Assembly: GCA_903819895.1 (NCBI GenBank)
Contig: CAIJFH010000035.1
Span: 1-62,260, forward strand
DNA length: 62,260 nucleotides
DNA from: Candidatus Adlerbacteria bacterium
GTDB taxonomy: Bacteria; Patescibacteriota; Minisyncoccia; Phycocordibacterales; SBAW01
Direction: 5' to 3'
How positions within the stretch are numbered: position 1 is the stretch's first letter; each line of letters opens with the position of its first letter. This document shows positions 27,310-34,649 of this stretch, piece after piece. The translations under genes and the position numbers were made by a program. Under the pieces are notes generated by a model, which worked only from the letters and a program-made list of their open reading frames with translations, was not told where the DNA came from and made no database searches.

Positions 27310-28014
27310 GTGACACTCCAACCAGAACGTGCTCGTCTCTTGCGCAACATCGAGAATCTACTTGTACACCTCTTCACGTTGGGAGCCGTCGAGGTTGATA
27401 TCGAGAGGGGCTTCGAACTACAGGAACATCGTTGTGGTAGCGAACGCCCGCGCCCACCGATTTTCTTTAATCTGCGCAATGCAGACAACCCTCGCAAGCC
27501 AGGGAAGCTTACTGAACCGGACTTTGCCTTGATTGCAGGTGTTCTGTTGCAGCATCTTCGTCTCAACAATGTTCAATTTGACGCAATAGCAGCGATACCG
27601 AACGCAGGCGACCCAATCGGACGAGCGTTGCAGCAACTACTCATTCAGCAGGAGCGCAGCGCAACACCATTCATTCCGCTAAAGAAACACAATGGAGACA
27701 TTGTTATAGACGGAGACGTATCGAGGAAAATGCACAGTGGCGCAGAGGTGCTTCTACTCGACGATGTGGTAAGCGGCGCAGGAAGCAAGATAAAACCAGC
27801 CGCACTACTACGAGACGCGGGTTTCTCTGTCTCCCGCTGTTGTGTGCTTATCGACAACGAACAAGGTGGGAGCGAGATCTTGGCGCAGATGGGGATTGAA
27901 GTGCTGGCACCAATCACTCGCCGCATAGCCGCTCGGATTGGTTTTGAGCACAATTTTTTAGACATAGCTGTGCTTGAGGCAATAGATGCATTCTATGCAA
28001 ATATTGCAGCATAG
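27310..28014 (+). CDS. Type I phosphoribosyltransferase, orotate-PRTase-like
   Basis: PRPP loop VLLLDDVVSGAGS. Layout collinear with PyrE by eye (PPIFFNLR, FDAIAAIPNAGDPIG, VLIDNEQGG). GTG start. Confidence 0.75.
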   Translation: MTLQPERARLLRNIENLLVHLFTLGAVEVDIERGFELQEHRCGSERPRPPIFFNLRNADNPRKPGKLTEPDFALIAGVLLQHLRLNNVQFDAIAAIPNAGDPIGRALQQLLIQQERSATPFIPLKKHNGDIVIDGDVSRKMHSGAEVLLLDDVVSGAGSKIKPAALLRDAGFSVSRCCVLIDNEQGGSEILAQMGIEVLAPITRRIAARIGFEHNFLDIAVLEAIDAFYANIAA

Positions 28015-28022
28015 CTCGACTC

Positions 28023-28056
28023 GCGGCGACCCGGTGGGTCGCCGCATTCCCTTTTT
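28023..28056 (+). terminator. Intrinsic terminator
   Basis: gcggcgaccc ggt gggtcgccgc followed by attcccttttt. Confidence 0.8.
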
Positions 28057-28081
28057 ATACGAGACAGTGTAGGGTTTTTAT

Positions 28082-29065
28082 ATGACAGAGATTGGGGCAC
28101 AGAAAAAGCCAAAAATCATCGTGATTGCCGGGCCGACAGCGTCGGGCAAGACGGCGCTTGGGATATATGTGGCACAAAAAATAAAAGCAGAGATTATCTC
28201 GGCCGACTCACGGCAGGTCTACCGTGGACTCGACATTGGGACGGGCAAGGTGACAAAACAAGAAATGGTGGGTGTGCCGCATCACCTGCTCGACGTTTGC
28301 TCGCCCAAGCGGCAGTTTAGTGCGAGCGATTTTGTGCGGCTCGGGCGCGTGGCAATCGACGAAATCATCGCGCGTGGCAATGTGCCAGTTATCGTCGGCG
28401 GCACTGGGCTCTATGTCGACGCATTGCTTGGCCGCGTCGTGCTCCCCGACGTGCCACCAAACGAGGAGTTGCGTGCGAAGTTGGAGAAAAAAACGGCCGA
28501 GGAACTATTCGCGATGCTCGCACAGAAAGACCCCGAGCGCGCGGCGACTATCGAGCCGCAGCACCAACGCCGTCTTGTCCGCGCGTTGGAGATCGCCGAG
28601 GCGCTGGGCAAAAACCCGCCAAAACACGCAGACGAGCCCTATGACGTACTGTGGCTTGGCATCTCCCCCGTCGAGAAGACGCTCAAACAGCGCATCCACG
28701 ACCGCCTGCTGGCACGTGTGGGCGGCAACGCATCTGACAAAACAACAAGCGCTCGCAGTAATACGCAGAATATGATTACCGAGGCAAAGCGCCTACACTC
28801 CCCCTCGCCAAAAGGGATTGGGCTTTCCTACAAACGCATGCGCGAGTTGGGGCTCGAGTACCGCTTCCTTGCCGACTACCTGCAGGGCAAACTCTCGAAA
28901 GCAGAAATGATTGAGCAACTCGAGCGCGCGATCAACGAGTATGCCCGCCGCCAGCTGCGCTGGTTTCGCCGCAACCCGAGCATCCACTGGCTCACACACT
29001 CGCCACAAAGCGCCACCGGCCTCGCCGAGGCGACACGGCTGGCGAAACAATTTCTAAAAAACTAA
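28082..29065 (+). CDS. miaA: tRNA dimethylallyltransferase
   Basis: IAGPTASGKTALG, SADSRQVYRGLDIGTGK, HHLLDV. Confidence 0.95.
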   Translation: MTEIGAQKKPKIIVIAGPTASGKTALGIYVAQKIKAEIISADSRQVYRGLDIGTGKVTKQEMVGVPHHLLDVCSPKRQFSASDFVRLGRVAIDEIIARGNVPVIVGGTGLYVDALLGRVVLPDVPPNEELRAKLEKKTAEELFAMLAQKDPERAATIEPQHQRRLVRALEIAEALGKNPPKHADEPYDVLWLGISPVEKTLKQRIHDRLLARVGGNASDKTTSARSNTQNMITEAKRLHSPSPKGIGLSYKRMRELGLEYRFLADYLQGKLSKAEMIEQLERAINEYARRQLRWFRRNPSIHWLTHSPQSATGLAEATRLAKQFLKN

Positions 29066-29085
29066 TACTCCTGCTGAAAACGTTT

Positions 29086-29159
29086 TGGCGGGCCCACGAG
29101 GATTCGAACCTCGGTCAACGGTTTTGGAGACCGCTATTCTACCACTGAACTATAGGCCC
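29086..29159 (-). tRNA. tRNA-Trp (anticodon CCA), CCA encoded
   Basis: Reverse complement folds as GGGCCTA ... CTCCAAA ... GAGGTTCGAATCCTC ... TGGGCCCGCCA. Confidence 0.9.
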
Positions 29160-29270
29160 GAGCGAGGGAGAAACAAAAGCTCGATTTTGTTACGACCGAG
29201 CGAGGGCGTATATCGAGGCAACGCCGAAGATATAGGCCCGTGCTCGTTAGGATACCTTAAAAATAAGTAG

Positions 29271-29301
29271 AAGAAAAGCCGCTTTTGGCGGCTTGTCTTT
29301 T
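29271..29301 (-). terminator. Terminator of rpmG (bidirectional hairpin)
   Basis: agccgc ttttg gcggct flanked by A-run and T-run. Confidence 0.7.
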
Positions 29302-29460
29302 CTATTTCTTTGCCTCTTTGTGGACGGTGTTCTTCTTGCACCACTTACAATACTTTTTGAGCTCGATTTTGCGCTCAACCAGCTTCTTGTTCTTGGATGA
29401 CCAATAGTTGATACGCTTACACTTCGTGCAGGCAAGCTTGATTAGGCGGTCTTGTGACAT
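29302..29460 (-). CDS. rpmG: 50S ribosomal protein L33 (52 aa, below the track cutoff)
   Basis: Hand translation MSQDRLIKLACTKCKRINYWSSKNKKLVERKIELKKYCKWCKKNTVHKEAKK, with CxxC...CxxC typical of L33. Confidence 0.9.
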   Translation of the reverse strand: MSQDRLIKLACTKCKRINYWSSKNKKLVERKIELKKYCKWCKKNTVHKEAKK

Positions 29461-29504
29461 ACAGGCAGTATAGCAGATGTTGCGTTTTGGGTCAAAATCA
29501 GAGA

Positions 29505-30872
29505 TTACTGCGTCCGGACAGAAGTACCTGGGTCATAGGTGTTTACACAACCCATTGCTTTCGGATTCCACGCCACACCATTACTACTACCAGTCCATGG
29601 TTGATACCCATTGGTCTTGAACATACTCAGTGCAACACTGGTATTGCAAGCAGCATCAAGTTTTTGACTAAGTGGTTTACAATTGCCAGTTGCATTTTGA
29701 GTCCATTCATCATTCCCAATTTGGAACAATCCAGTATGTGTACTAGGGACACCCTTAATCATGTCCACCAAACTCGCATTACCGCTACTTTCTGTTTGCG
29801 CGATGCACGACATTGCGGCTGCTTGTGAGGCGACCGTAAAACCAGCCGCTTGAAGAGCTGCGGGGCTGCAGTAATTGTTTTGACATTGGGGACCACTTCC
29901 ACCAGACGAACCACCCCCTTGCGCCACTTGTATACCATTGCTGCCCGCGTTGTTGGTGGTGAGCGCGGAGAAAAGAGTCGAGATTTGATTGGTACGCGGG
30001 CGATCGGTCGAGCACTGGATGTTTGCCCAGTTGCCGCCGGAGTAGAAACTTTGCTTAACCAGCACGTTGAGCAGCGTCTGCACCACAAAGTACCCCGAAA
30101 GTGCGATGATAAACCCAATGAACACATCTTTGAAGATTGCTTTGGCTTTGCTGATATTCTCGGAGTTTGCCGTGTTGGTAAAAAAGAGGATACCCGCGTA
30201 GGCAAACAGCGCGACGCAGATTACCGTCGAGATGCCGAGCAAAAATTGGATGATATTTTGAAAGAGCCCAACAAAGTCGCACAAACTACAGTTGGTCGCA
30301 GCAAACCCGCTTGGATCCATGAGGAGCGTCGTGACACCACAGGGCACCAGCCCGCCGTTGGGCGACGAGAGCCCGCCAGAGCTGGCAGAACTCACGCTAC
30401 TGCTGTTGCCATTTGCGCCGTTACTATAGGTGCCACCAGCGCCCGAGGACGATCCGCTGTTGATGTCACTCGGGAGCGAGTTATCCACCGTCGTGGCGCC
30501 CGCCATCCCCGCAGGGGCGGATACACTGCAGGTGACCGTGCCGCCTGGGCCGACAAACGTGCCCACATAGGTGCTCGGCTGTGCCAGCGGCAGCAACAGG
30601 TTGACCGTGCCGGAGAGGCCCACCGGGCCCACACTAGTGATCGACACCTGCGCAGCGTTTTGGCTATCCCAATGGACGGTGATGCTACCGTTGTTGACAT
30701 TGCCCGACATGGTGCAGGTCGGCTTGGGCACGGTCGGGGTGGATGATGCGGCTGCCTGCGCATGTTGGGTGGCGGGGAGCACCAACAAACAAAACGCCAC
30801 GAGCGAGCACATGACCGCCGGCAGCACCGCCGCGCCAATTCCCCGTCGCTGTGTCGATTGCATACCCCTCAT
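29505..30872 (-). CDS. Secreted fusion protein: beta-rich N-domain + T4SS-pilin-like (TrbC/VirB2-like) double-TM module + C-terminal lysozyme-like/lytic transglycosylase domain
   Basis: Signal peptide. LVPCG...NCSLCDFVGLFQNIIQFLLG plus two hydrophobic helices. C-terminal CIAQTESSGN...THTGLFQIGNDEW. Alternative start at 30863 (TACAAT + 7 nt). Confidence 0.8.
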   Translation of the reverse strand: MRGMQSTQRRGIGAAVLPAVMCSLVAFCLLVLPATQHAQAAASSTPTVPKPTCTMSGNVNNGSITVHWDSQNAAQVSITSVGPVGLSGTVNLLLPLAQPSTYVGTFVGPGGTVTCSVSAPAGMAGATTVDNSLPSDINSGSSSGAGGTYSNGANGNSSSVSSASSGGLSSPNGGLVPCGVTTLLMDPSGFAATNCSLCDFVGLFQNIIQFLLGISTVICVALFAYAGILFFTNTANSENISKAKAIFKDVFIGFIIALSGYFVVQTLLNVLVKQSFYSGGNWANIQCSTDRPRTNQISTLFSALTTNNAGSNGIQVAQGGGSSGGSGPQCQNNYCSPAALQAAGFTVASQAAAMSCIAQTESSGNASLVDMIKGVPSTHTGLFQIGNDEWTQNATGNCKPLSQKLDAACNTSVALSMFKTNGYQPWTGSSNGVAWNPKAMGCVNTYDPGTSVRTQ

Positions 30873-30961
30873 TGTACCATCAGATATGTACGCACAATCA
30901 CCATCTTGTGAGTATCGTGTTTCTATAGTACTTTAGGTGTGTTCGTGTACGTACCACATAT

Positions 30962-31034
30962 CCGCCCATAGCTCAGTTGGTAGAGCAACTCCCTCTTAAG
31001 GAGATGGTCCCAGGTTCGAGCCCTGGTGGGCGGA
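30962..31034 (+). tRNA. tRNA-Lys (anticodon CTT), CCA not encoded
   Basis: CCGCCCA/TGGGCGG acceptor, anticodon loop CTCTTAA, T-arm CCAGGTTCGAGCCCTGG. Confidence 0.88.
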
Positions 31035-31043
31035 CAGAGACGC

Positions 31044-31076
31044 AAAAAATCGCTAGCGTGTTGCCAGCGATTTTTT
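31044..31076. terminator. Bidirectional terminator between convergent tRNA-Lys and tRNA-Tyr
   Basis: aaaaaatcgct ... agcgatttttt. Confidence 0.8.
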
Positions 31077-31082
31077 GCTGTA

Positions 31083-31168
31083 TGGTGCGCCGGGAGGGAT
31101 TCGAACCCCCGAAGGCCGAAGCCGCTTGGTTTACAGCCAAGTGTAATTGACCACTCTACCACCGACGC
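31083..31168 (-). tRNA. tRNA-Tyr (anticodon GTA), long variable arm, CCA encoded
   Basis: Reverse complement GCGTCGG ... CTGTAAA ... GGGGTTCGAATCCC ... CCGGCGCACCA. Confidence 0.88.
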
Positions 31169-31253
31169 ATTGTGTATCCCCCACAAGTAGGCAGGGCAGC
31201 TCCTACGGTACACTTTTTTTTGCCAATTGTCGATTACATTACATGTTTTGCAC

Positions 31254-31340
31254 TGGTGCCGGGGGTGGGACTTGAACCCACAAGAGCAAATGCTCACAAC
31301 ATTTTAAGTGTCGCGCGTTTACCGATTTCGCCACCTCGGC
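31254..31340 (-). tRNA. tRNA-Leu (anticodon TAA), long variable arm, CCA encoded, one A-C mismatch in the acceptor stem
   Basis: Reverse complement GCCGAGG ... CTTAAAA ... GTGGGTTCAAGTCCCAC ... CCCCGGCACCA. Confidence 0.8.
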
Positions 31341-31809
31341 GTTTAATGTTTCTGCCACGATGTGTCGGCTGCAAACTATGACAATTCGGGCAAAGAATCT
31401 GTAGATTCTCCAGACGATTATCATGTCGGTCACCATTGATATGGTCCAACTCCACTGGTACTCTACCGTCTTTTGACACTTCTGCCCAGCCGCAATATTC
31501 GCACCTTGGCTCTTTTACTCCAGTAGAAAAGAGTCGCAATTTAAGTTTGTAACTTTGAAAAGTACTATTACGCACAAGTATCCTTTCAATTGGTATAACA
31601 GGTTCTTTTGGGATAATTCTACCTTTGCGCCATCCCATTCCAGTAAAATGGGTTGTGTCGAGTTTCAAAGATGCAATTTGACGCTTGACATGTTCATAAT
31701 TACCACCCGCTTCGACTAATCCGAGCTTAGCTATAACTTGACGATAACTGTGTGAAATTTGCACAGCTTGCACAAGCATATCTTCATCCCACTTCTTTTT
31801 CTTCGCCAT
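31294..31809 (-). CDS. HNH endonuclease (homing-type); 3' end overlaps the first 47 nt of tRNA-Leu(TAA)
   Basis: CEYCGW ... ELDHINGDRHDNRLENLQILCPNCH. TAAAAT + 6 nt upstream of the ATG. Stop at 31294-96 lies inside the tRNA. Confidence 0.85.
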   Translation of the reverse strand: MAKKKKWDEDMLVQAVQISHSYRQVIAKLGLVEAGGNYEHVKRQIASLKLDTTHFTGMGWRKGRIIPKEPVIPIERILVRNSTFQSYKLKLRLFSTGVKEPRCEYCGWAEVSKDGRVPVELDHINGDRHDNRLENLQILCPNCHSLQPTHRGRNIKRRGGEIGKRATLKML

Positions 31810-32004
31810 ACCAATATTTTATCAATCGGTAGACGTCCTGTATGTACTTATCCACATGGCTACCATTACATCACCCCGGCGCATCATAGTTTTACCACGA
31901 GGCGACGATGGAGGGAATCGGTCACCGGTTCTGCCTCGGAAGGCAGCCCGTCGACCCCGCCTCGCTGTCGCCAAGGCGACATGCTCCGGCTTTCGCTTCC
32001 CGAC

Positions 32005-32026
32005 GCACAGCGCGCAGGCGCTGTGC
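32005..32026 (-). other. Perfect 9-bp hairpin 4 nt after the tRNA-Cys 3' end
   Basis: gcacagcgc gcag gcgctgtgc, with no U-tract. Confidence 0.4.
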
Positions 32027-32030
32027 TCCG

Positions 32031-32105
32031 TGGAGGCCACGGCGGGAATCGAACCCGCGTATAAAGGTTTTGCAGACCCACGCCTTACCACTTGGCTACG
32101 TGGCC
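32031..32105 (-). tRNA. tRNA-Cys (anticodon GCA), CCA encoded
   Basis: Reverse complement GGCCACG ... CTGCAAA ... GCGGGTTCGATTCCCGC ... CGTGGCCTCCA. Confidence 0.9.
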
Positions 32106-32146
32106 GATTGCTCGGCACCAGTACACTCTACCGCGAAACAGCGCGA

Positions 32147-32473
32147 TTAGGAATGGTCGCTTGATAATTCGTCCAAGCGTTGGCGGTTTTTCTCGCCACG
32201 GTCGATGACAAACTCGATGCGTGGAGGGAATGCCCCGCGCACCCGCTTGCGAAAGAAGTCGGCAAACTCGCCACGGTTGCGGTTGGCAAACGACAACGCG
32301 TTTTCTTCTGCAGCGTCGGGAAATACGGTGATGCAGATTGTGCCCTGCTTGGCATCGTCGGAGACAATCGCGTTGGTCACCGTGATGAGCGTTTGTCGCC
32401 CTGCCTCGCGTGCAAAAAACTCCCCTGCTACATCTTGGAGCGCCGCGCGTATTTTTTCGTTTCGGATTGACAT
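32147..32473 (-). CDS. rbfA: Ribosome-binding factor A
   Basis: RbfA-like KH fold sequence (ITVTNAIVSDDAKQGTICITVF). Located downstream of infB. Confidence 0.88.
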   Translation of the reverse strand: MSIRNEKIRAALQDVAGEFFAREAGRQTLITVTNAIVSDDAKQGTICITVFPDAAEENALSFANRNRGEFADFFRKRVRGAFPPRIEFVIDRGEKNRQRLDELSSDHS

Positions 32474-32505
32474 AGTGTGTATAAAAATATTCGCTCTTTG
32501 GTGGA

Positions 32506-34071
32506 CTACTTGAACACCACTTCAAACGCAACGAGGTAATCACCTGCGGCGGGCTCGACCTGCGTGCGCAGCATCGCGCCAAACTCGGCTCCCGCCTCCA
32601 CCTTTTTTGTCGCGGCTTTTTGACTCTGCAGAGAAAGGATCCCGCCACGACCAAGCTCGATGTCGCGTCGCATCAATTTGACTTCGGCGCCGTCGGCAAT
32701 GAGCCCTTCCTCGACCTTGCCGCCCACCACGACACGCCCCTTTGTCGCGCTAAAAATCTTGAGGATTTTTGCCGAGCCGGTTTGTTCCTCGCTATTCTCG
32801 CGCGGGCGACGTGCAACAACTTCGCTCGCGAGCCACTCGGTCAATTTGTAGATAATATCAAACACCATTACTGTGACACCCAAGCGCTCGGCCAGGTCGC
32901 GCGCCTCTTTCTCTACCTTTACATTAAAGCCAACCACGATGCCGCCCACGGCACCGCCGCCAACAAACTTCACATCATTTTCTGAAATCGTGCCGACACC
33001 ACGGCTCACCACGCGCACCTCGAGGCGATTGTCCTTGGGCATCGCGTCGATCTCGTGCACTACGGCGTCGCCCGTGCCGGCAAAGTCGGTTTTGATAACG
33101 AGCGGCAGCACCACGGGCTGCTTCTCCTCGCTCTCGGCCGCTGTCGCACCAGTTGCCTGCTTTTTTGATGCTGCGCCAAGTCGTGTCGCGCGCGCATCGG
33201 CGACATCCTCCTCGGCCTGCTTTTTTGCCTCGACCACACGCCACACGGCGCCAACCGGTGGCAGGGAGGAAAAACCAACGACGCGGATCGGGCTCCCCGG
33301 CAGCGCCTCTTTAATGTTCTTGCCCAAATAATTTTCCATGATGCGCACCGGTGCAAACGACTCGCCACAGACGACATACTCGCCGCTTTCGACACTGCCG
33401 TTTTGGACAATGAGCGTCGCCGTGTTGCCGCGCTTGGGGTCGACATGCGCCTCGATCACCAACCCCTCGCCAGGCGCGGAGTGGTCGGCCGAAAGACCTT
33501 CGAGCTCGGCGGCAAGCAAAATAAGGTCGAGCAACTCGGGGACGCCTTGGCCGGTTTTGCTGGAGATTGCCACAAACGGCACATCGCCGCCGAGGCCTTC
33601 GAGGTAGACACCGTGCTCGACCAGCGACATCTTGGCACGCTCAATGTTTGCCGTTGGCTTATCCACTTTGGTGAGCGCAACGATGTACGGCTTGGTATTT
33701 TCTTGAATCAATTTGAGCGCCTCGAGTGTTTGCGGCTTGACGCCATCCTCGGCCGAGACAACCAACACGGCAACATCGGCGACCTCGAGCCCGCGCGAGC
33801 GCATCGCGGCAAACGCTGCATGCCCCGGTGTATCCAAAAAGGTGATGCGGCTTGGCTGTTTGGTGTCGGTCGCTACATGCTCGACTTCATATGCCGAAAG
33901 GTGTTGTGTGATGCCACCCGCCTCGCCATCAACGATATTGCTCTTGCGGATGTAATCAAGCAGCGTCGACTTGCCGTGGTCGATATGCCCCACCACCGCA
34001 ACCACTGGTGGTCGCGTTTGACGGTCGATAGACGCAGGGCGTCCCTCGTGTGTAGGGTGTTTGGTCTTCAT
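32506..34071 (-). CDS. infB: Translation initiation factor IF-2 (short form lacking the N-terminal extension)
   Basis: [26 protein letters not shown]-domain, beta-barrel and C-terminal domains. Confidence 0.96.
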   Translation of the reverse strand: MKTKHPTHEGRPASIDRQTRPPVVAVVGHIDHGKSTLLDYIRKSNIVDGEAGGITQHLSAYEVEHVATDTKQPSRITFLDTPGHAAFAAMRSRGLEVADVAVLVVSAEDGVKPQTLEALKLIQENTKPYIVALTKVDKPTANIERAKMSLVEHGVYLEGLGGDVPFVAISSKTGQGVPELLDLILLAAELEGLSADHSAPGEGLVIEAHVDPKRGNTATLIVQNGSVESGEYVVCGESFAPVRIMENYLGKNIKEALPGSPIRVVGFSSLPPVGAVWRVVEAKKQAEEDVADARATRLGAASKKQATGATAAESEEKQPVVLPLVIKTDFAGTGDAVVHEIDAMPKDNRLEVRVVSRGVGTISENDVKFVGGGAVGGIVVGFNVKVEKEARDLAERLGVTVMVFDIIYKLTEWLASEVVARRPRENSEEQTGSAKILKIFSATKGRVVVGGKVEEGLIADGAEVKLMRRDIELGRGGILSLQSQKAATKKVEAGAEFGAMLRTQVEPAAGDYLVAFEVVFK

Positions 34072-34089
34072 AGTGTGGGGTATGCTGCG

Positions 34090-34626
34090 TCATGCGGGCT
34101 TCCGCTTTTTATGCTCGGCGATAGCAACCTTTGCCTTTTCGATTGCCTCGCGCTCCTCTTTTGTGAGCTCGTAGGTGGAGACGCCGTTCTCGAGCGGTTT
34201 GGCATAGACGCCAACTCGATCGCGCGCGTACAGTGTCGACAATACCACGCCGCTGTGCCCCTCGTCAAGAAATGCGATCGCAAAACTTTGGTTGCCACTG
34301 CCGCCACTTTCGGCAAAGGGATTAAAGCGCACCATGCCATAGCCCTGCAAACTCCCCCGCAGGCGCAGCTCGGCAAATTTGAGATACTGCTCGAGCTCGA
34401 TGCGAAAGGTCTGCAACTCTTTCACATCACGCGTCAAAATAGTGACGCTCTCCTCGATCGAGCCCGTGCGCCCCAGCGCGAGCCGGATAAATCGTCGACG
34501 AATTGCCAGAAGGAGGAAGAGCGCACCAATCGCGAGCACCAACGCCGCGAGTGCCACATACGGCGCCGCAAGGACAACCCACAGGTGCAGCTCTGCCAAA
34601 AATGATTGCTGGGGTGCAAAATCCAT
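34090..34626 (-). CDS. DUF4446-family membrane protein (name recalled)
   Basis: Track ORF 34090..34836 trimmed to MDFAPQQ. TM, then YGMVRFNPFAESGGSGNQSFAIAFLD ... YAKPLENGVSTYELTKEE. Confidence 0.8.
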   Translation of the reverse strand: MDFAPQQSFLAELHLWVVLAAPYVALAALVLAIGALFLLLAIRRRFIRLALGRTGSIEESVTILTRDVKELQTFRIELEQYLKFAELRLRGSLQGYGMVRFNPFAESGGSGNQSFAIAFLDEGHSGVVLSTLYARDRVGVYAKPLENGVSTYELTKEEREAIEKAKVAIAEHKKRKPA

Positions 34627-34633
34627 GCTGCTC

Positions 34634-34643
34634 AGTATATACT
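34634..34643. promoter_or_regulatory. Palindromic AGTATATACT giving a TATACT -10 box on both strands for two divergent leaderless genes
   Basis: cat(34624-26) gctgctc AGTATATACT gaacac atg(34650-52). The whole intergenic gap is 23 nt. Confidence 0.6.
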
Positions 34644-34649
34644 GAACAC

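Noticed and set aside
31294-31296. Alternative genetic code (UGA reassignment, as in some CPR lineages).
   Set aside because: UGA, UAA and UAG all terminate well-conserved proteins at the expected lengths. Examples are UGA at the HNH gene and the 56892 gene, UAG at rplU and rpmG, and UAA at ftsZ. The DNA is also GC-rich, unlike the code-25 lineages.
31900-31975. Possible small SRP (4.5S) RNA, because of CTCGGAAGGCAGCC and a long end-to-end hairpin.
   Set aside because: The conserved helix-8 motif (GGAA tetraloop followed by GGAAGCAGC, with the matching 5' AGG side) is not present. Three nucleotides of the symmetric loop are missing and the closing pairs do not form.
33403-34605. Long ORFs antisense to or overlapping recognised genes. 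Examples: 33403..34605(+) opposite infB, 37873..39177(-) opposite clpB, 45063..46181(+) opposite mgtA, 55724..56725(-) opposite rmuC, 24282..25244(-) opposite rel, and 12415..13362(+) opposite dnaX.
   Set aside because: They are typical high-GC shadow ORFs. Their composition is Arg/Ala/Gly/Pro-rich and low in complexity, they have no motifs, and each lies fully within a gene whose product is unambiguously recognisable.
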